Shown here: piece by piece, positions 59,513-64,000 of the stretch
Numbering within the stretch: the first letter of the stretch is position 1
How the letters are laid out: each line of letters begins with the position of its first letter
Assembly (NCBI RefSeq): GCF_036365525.1
Contig: NC_090380.1
Location: 82,407,658 to 82,471,657, forward strand
Direction of reading: 5' to 3'
From: Heterodontus francisci
Lineage: Eukaryota
Length of the DNA stretch: 64,000 nucleotides
Notes under the pieces: generated by a model
The model's input: the letters and a program-made list of their open reading frames with translations, nothing else
Told to the model about the DNA's origin: nothing
Database searches by the model: none
Position numbers and translations under genes: made by a program

Positions 59513-60616
59513 CAGTACCCAATGTCGCCCTCATCCTGATGACCATCTGTGTGTGTGGCTGCATCAAGCTGTACGTAGAGCCCCAGTACACAAATAGCAA
59601 GTGTCACTATGTGCTGAGGTTCTATCTGGCCCCAGTGTTGCGAAGGATGGGCCTGGTCACATTGCCGCGAAACACTCTATCCAGTTGGACCGTACTGTGC
59701 CACCTATTCTTCGTGGAAAAGTTTGTGCAGATAAACACCTTTGATCACCAATCCATCAGGCAGTGGGCTGCAGGGAATGTCATCAAGGCACTAAGGGAAA
59801 AGAAGATGGTGGATCCTGTCGGATGGTTCCCCGAGCAAACTGCCAAAGTCATTTGGCAGAATGCCTCATCACCAGAACTTTCAAACAAGCAGCAAGACGT
59901 AGCTTGGCTGGCGGTAAGAAGAGCCCTCCCCGTCAGATCCTTCCTGCACGTCCGGAATATCACGACCTCCGCATGCTGCCCTCGAGGTGGCTGTGGTGGG
60001 GAAGAGACGGTTGCCCACCTCCTTCTGGAATGTGCCTTTGCAAAGCAGGTGTGGAAAGAGATGCAGTGGTTTTTGTTGAGGTTCATCCCAAGCAGCTCTG
60101 TAACACAGGAGTCTGTGCTCTATGGGCTGTTCCCAGGGACACACACCAAGATAAACATCAACTGCTGCTGGAGGACCATCAATGCGGTGAAAACGCTCTT
60201 TGGTCTGCCCAAAACTTGCTGGTCTTCCAGTGCAAAGAGTTGTCCACGACCGGGTGTTGCAGACTGGCACATTCCAAGGTCCAGTACTACGTGCTGAGGG
60301 ACGCATTAAAGCTTGGGGCAGCCACCGCAAAGGCTCAATGGGGAAAGATCACCGTGTAAGGTCCTCCCGCCATAGTGAACTAAGGGGCTGAACCCATGGG
60401 AAACCCCTCAGGCTGCATACACCAAATATGGGTTTGCTGTAAAATGTACATTGTCTGTAACATGGAATGGAAGAGTTATGAGGCAACTCACTCCTGTATT
60501 GAAGAAAATTGATTTCCTTTGAACTTTCTGGAATATCAGCTTGGTGCTGTTTTGAACTGTTTTGTAATGTATTTTCTTACAGATTTTATGAATAAAGTAT
60601 ATTTTTGGGGGAAAAG
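59513..60616 (+). mobile_element. Tx1/L1-clade LINE 3' fragment
   Basis: WQNASSPELSNKQQDVAW...CPRGGCGGEETVAHLLLEC; 3'UTR with AATAAA; same family as 12762-13822. Confidence 0.85.
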
Positions 60617-61455
60617 AATCAGTATTCAGTTCTGAATACTGGTGAAGATGAGGGTTCCTGTGGGAAGTGCAGCTAGAGCCAACTCCATGGCAGCATGGGT
60701 GGTTCAGCTGTAAAGGAAGATTGGGAAAGTAATAGTGATAGGAGATAGTGGAACAGGCAGGCATTTCTGCAGCCCTAGGCATGATTCCAGGATGGCATGT
60801 TGCCTCCCTGATGCCAGGGTCAAGGATATGACTGAGTAACAGCAGAGCATTATAAGAGGGGAAGGTAGACAGCCAGTGGTTGTGGTCCAATGAAATAGGT
60901 AGAAAAAGCGATGAGGTCCTGCAGGTGGAGTTTAGGAAACTAGGAAAGAGATTAATAAGCAATCTCTGGATTGCTCCTGGTGCCACACAATATTGAGTAT
61001 AGAAATAGGAGGATAGAGCAGATAAATGTGAGACTGTAGAGATGGTGCAGAGGGAGGGCTTTAGATTCTTGCAATATTGGGACTGAGGGAGATGGGAACT
61101 GTACAAGCCAGATGGATTGCACCTCAACAGAGCCAGGACCAATGTACTCATAGGGCATTTTGCTAGTGCTGTTGGGGAGAGTTTAAATTAACTTGGTAGG
61201 AGGAATGGAAACTAGGATGTAGCATTAGTAAGAAGAAACAGGTGCACAAAGGATTAGGAGAGACATGTAGTACTAGAATAAGAAATAGTCAGACTAAGAG
61301 AGATTACAGTGCATGTACATAAATGCATGAAGCATGGTAAGTAAGGTTGGTGAGCTACAGGCACATATAGCCACATGGGAATATGATAACATAGTGATAA
61401 CAAAGGCCTGGCTCAAAAAAGGACAGGACTGGTTCTAAATATTCCTGGATACAGA

Positions 61456-62207
61456 GAGCAGGATTTTATCCAGCCCTTGGAGACTGAGTGGGAGGCAGGG
61501 GCAGACAAAATGACATGGGAAGGTGTTGGGTGGCATGCCAAAAGCTCTCCTGCCACCATGCCATTTTGTCAGCGATGGGGAAGGTGGAAGATGGCCCACC
61601 CACTGGAGGCCAATTGAGCCACTTAAGTGGCCAATTAAAGGCCACTTAAAGGCAGCTTCCCACCTCCACTCCCATTTAACTAACATCAGAGGGAACTGCT
61701 GCCACATGGAGACACCGCCAGGTAAGACTTGCTGGCTTCCTAGCAGGCTTGTGGAGGGGGCCCTTTTAGGAACAATCCATGGCCCATGGAGGAGGGCCTC
61801 CTCCCGCTGGGTGATGGCCGCCCCCACGGAAACAACCCACCTGCCTTCACCAACCACCCACCCCATCTCTTTGCCAGGCCTGCCTGACTGGCCGCAGTGA
61901 CCCTGACCCCACTTAAATCGGTCCCAGGGTGTTGTCCACAATGCTACTCTCGGTTGCCTGCAGTTCCAGCAGTGGCCACCACTCCGGTGGCACTGCTGGG
62001 ATTACTGAGCTGCCAGCCCGCTGATTAGCCAGCAGCTCTTGGGGTGGGTTCTTTTCCCTTAAAGGGGACAGCAGCTCCGATGGCGGGCAGTTAATTACCT
62101 GCCCACCTTTGAATTCAGCGGCGGTTGACAAATGGCCGAGGTGGAGTCACCAGCCCTGCTTTCTGGACTGTCACTGAAACCCCCGTTGCCTAAATAAAAC
62201 TTAGCCA
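61456..62207. mobile_element. Harbinger-type MITE
   Basis: Degenerate TIRs (GAGCAGGATTTTA / TAAAACTTAGCC); interior similar to 869-1679 and 2596-3357. Confidence 0.7.
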
Positions 62208-62525
62208 GCATGTTCAGGAAAGATAGGGAAGGAAAGAAAGAGGAAGAATAGCAGTATTGATTAGGGAGAATATGACAGTGTTGGAGACAGAGGATGTCCT
62301 GCAGGGGTCAGAGACAGAATCCATTTGCTTACAGCCAAGAAACAATAGAGGTGCCATTACACCACTGGGTGAATTTAATGGCCACAAAACAGAGTCTTTT
62401 TTTTATTTCACGACACAGAAGGAAGCCATTAGGCCCATCGAGTCCATGCTGGCTCGCCACAGAGTAATCCAGTCAATCCCACTCGCCCACTCGATGCCCG
62501 TAGCCCTGCAAGTTTATTCCCTACA

Positions 62526-63327
62526 GGGGAGGTGGTGATGTAGTGGTAATATCATTAGACTAGTAACCCAGAGCTCCAAGCTAATGGCCTGGGGATATGG
62601 GTTCGAATCACACCACAGCGGATGGTGAAATTTGAATCCAATTAATAAATCTGTAGTTAAAAAGCTAGTCTAGTGGTGATCATCAAACTATTGTCCATTG
62701 TTGTAAAAATACATCTGGTTCATTTTATGTCCATTAGGACAGGAAATCTACCATCCTTACCTGATCAGGCCTACATGTTACTCCAGACCCACAGCAATGT
62801 GGTTGACTTTTAAATGCCCTCTGATATAGCCTAGCAAACCACTCAGTTTGTATCAAACCGCTATAGAGTCCAAGAAACGGTATGAAACCAGACAGACCAT
62901 CCAACATTGACCTAGGCACTATAAACGACAATGGCAAACCCAGCCGTGTCGACCCTGCAAAGTCCTCCTTAGTAACGTTTGGGGGCTTGTATCAAAGTTG
63001 GGAGAGCTGTCCCACAGACTAGTCAAGCATGACATAGCCATACTCACGGAATCATACCTTACAGACAATGTTCCAGACACTGACATCACCATCCCTGGGT
63101 ATGTCCTGTCCCAACGGCACACACACCAGAGGTGGCGGCACAGTGGTACACAGTTGGAAGAGAGTTTCCTTGGGAGTCCTCAACATTGTCTCTGGAACCC
63201 ATAATGTCTCATGGCATCACGTCAAACATGGGCAAGGAAACCTCCTGCTGATTACCACCTACTGCCTCAGCTGATGGATCAGTATTCCTCCATATTGAAC
63301 ACCAATTGGAAGAAGCACTGAGGGTAG
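62526..63327 (+). mobile_element. 5' end of a LINE with tRNA-derived/SINE-like head followed by APE endonuclease
   Basis: A/B boxes (GTAGTGGTA, GGTTCGAATC); head collinear with the SINE 27240-27555; then SNVWGLVSKLGEL...DIAILTESYL...IPGY. Confidence 0.8.
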
Positions 63328-64000
63328 TGAAGTGGGATCAGTAGGGCAAAATTAGTAGATTATTTAGCATTAGGATACGTTAACAGTCTTAGAAGAAAGA
63401 TGGAAATACTGTAGTTGTGGGAACCAGGGCATGAGGGGTTGCGTGGCAATGGGCATGGGAAGTTGTACAACCCAGAAGTCTAATTGCCTTCGCATCTGTG
63501 TAAACATACTGTCCTTGAGATAAGAATATGAAAACATCAATCCTCAAGGATGGGGAGGAGACGACAGGGGAATGATTAGTGAGACAATACAATCCAGTTT
63601 ATTGATCAAGCTACAGCTTGGAATGTGTTGGGGGGTAGTGTGGACAAATGAGTAATGGTTATTGTATTCTATAAATGTTTACTACAAACTCTGTTTCATT
63701 GAGAAATCTCTGGATGTTTCACCAGACACTTCTCCCTTGTGCCGGTGCTTGAATAAACCTTTACTACTTTAATCCCGTGGACTTGAGAGCAGTTATTTTC
63801 TCCATAACAATTTGGCGTAGTTGGAAGGATCCTCAAGACTCAGTCACGGTGCCCGGTCGAAGGTCGGCCTCAGAGAGCAGGTGAGTACATTTACTTTACC
63901 ACCCATTAGAAAGGGAGGTCAGTGTTGGGATGGGAAGCTGGCGGGCCGATTTGAGGATCCGAACCAAAGGACGGGCCCACGGGTGGAGTAACTAAAGGCA
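63328..64000 (+). mobile_element. endogenous retrovirus 5' LTR (63328-63809), tRNA-Ser PBS (63813-63830) and leader
   Basis: TG...CA ends, TATAAA at 63670, AATAAA at 63752, PBS TGGCGTAGTTGGAAGGAT, splice donor CAG|GTGAGT at 63881; runs off the window. Confidence 0.85.

Larger units (their letters stand above)
59415..62385 (+). mobile_element. degraded CR1 (ORF1 and ORF2 start) interrupted by Tx1-like LINE and a MITE
   Basis: ORF1 remnants similar to 10160-10830; NIPGY..FRKDR endonuclease motif split by the MITE. Confidence 0.75.

Overview
Eukaryotic, repeat-dense genomic DNA, almost certainly from a cartilaginous fish. The evidence is HE1/V-SINE, SacSINE-type SINEs, and CR1, RTE, Tx1, Penelope and Harbinger families typical of elasmobranchs. 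Most of the window is nested transposable elements plus a ~14 kb array of a 32-bp tandem repeat (29.9-43.9 kb). One spliced host gene can be assembled by hand on the minus strand: an immunoglobulin-superfamily receptor. Its exons are leader (50711-50765), germline-joined VJ-type V domain (49185-49556), C1-set domain (47482-47790) and uncharged TM (46209-46298). A probable tyrosine-motif cytoplasmic exon (24712-24875) lies ~21 kb downstream, beyond the satellite. All introns are phase-1 GT-AG and the five exons give a 329-aa ORF. This is a non-rearranging, antigen-receptor-like (V-C1) architecture with a CD28/CTLA4-like PPP loop. Other notable items: an intact full-length RTE LINE with a structured 5'UTR; a Penelope hammerhead ribozyme core; a tRNA-headed LINE and its bipartite SINE; a fragmented Gypsy element; two retrovirus-like remnants; and a few orphan candidate exons at 0.3-6 kb. 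All calls come from manual reading; no database searches were run.
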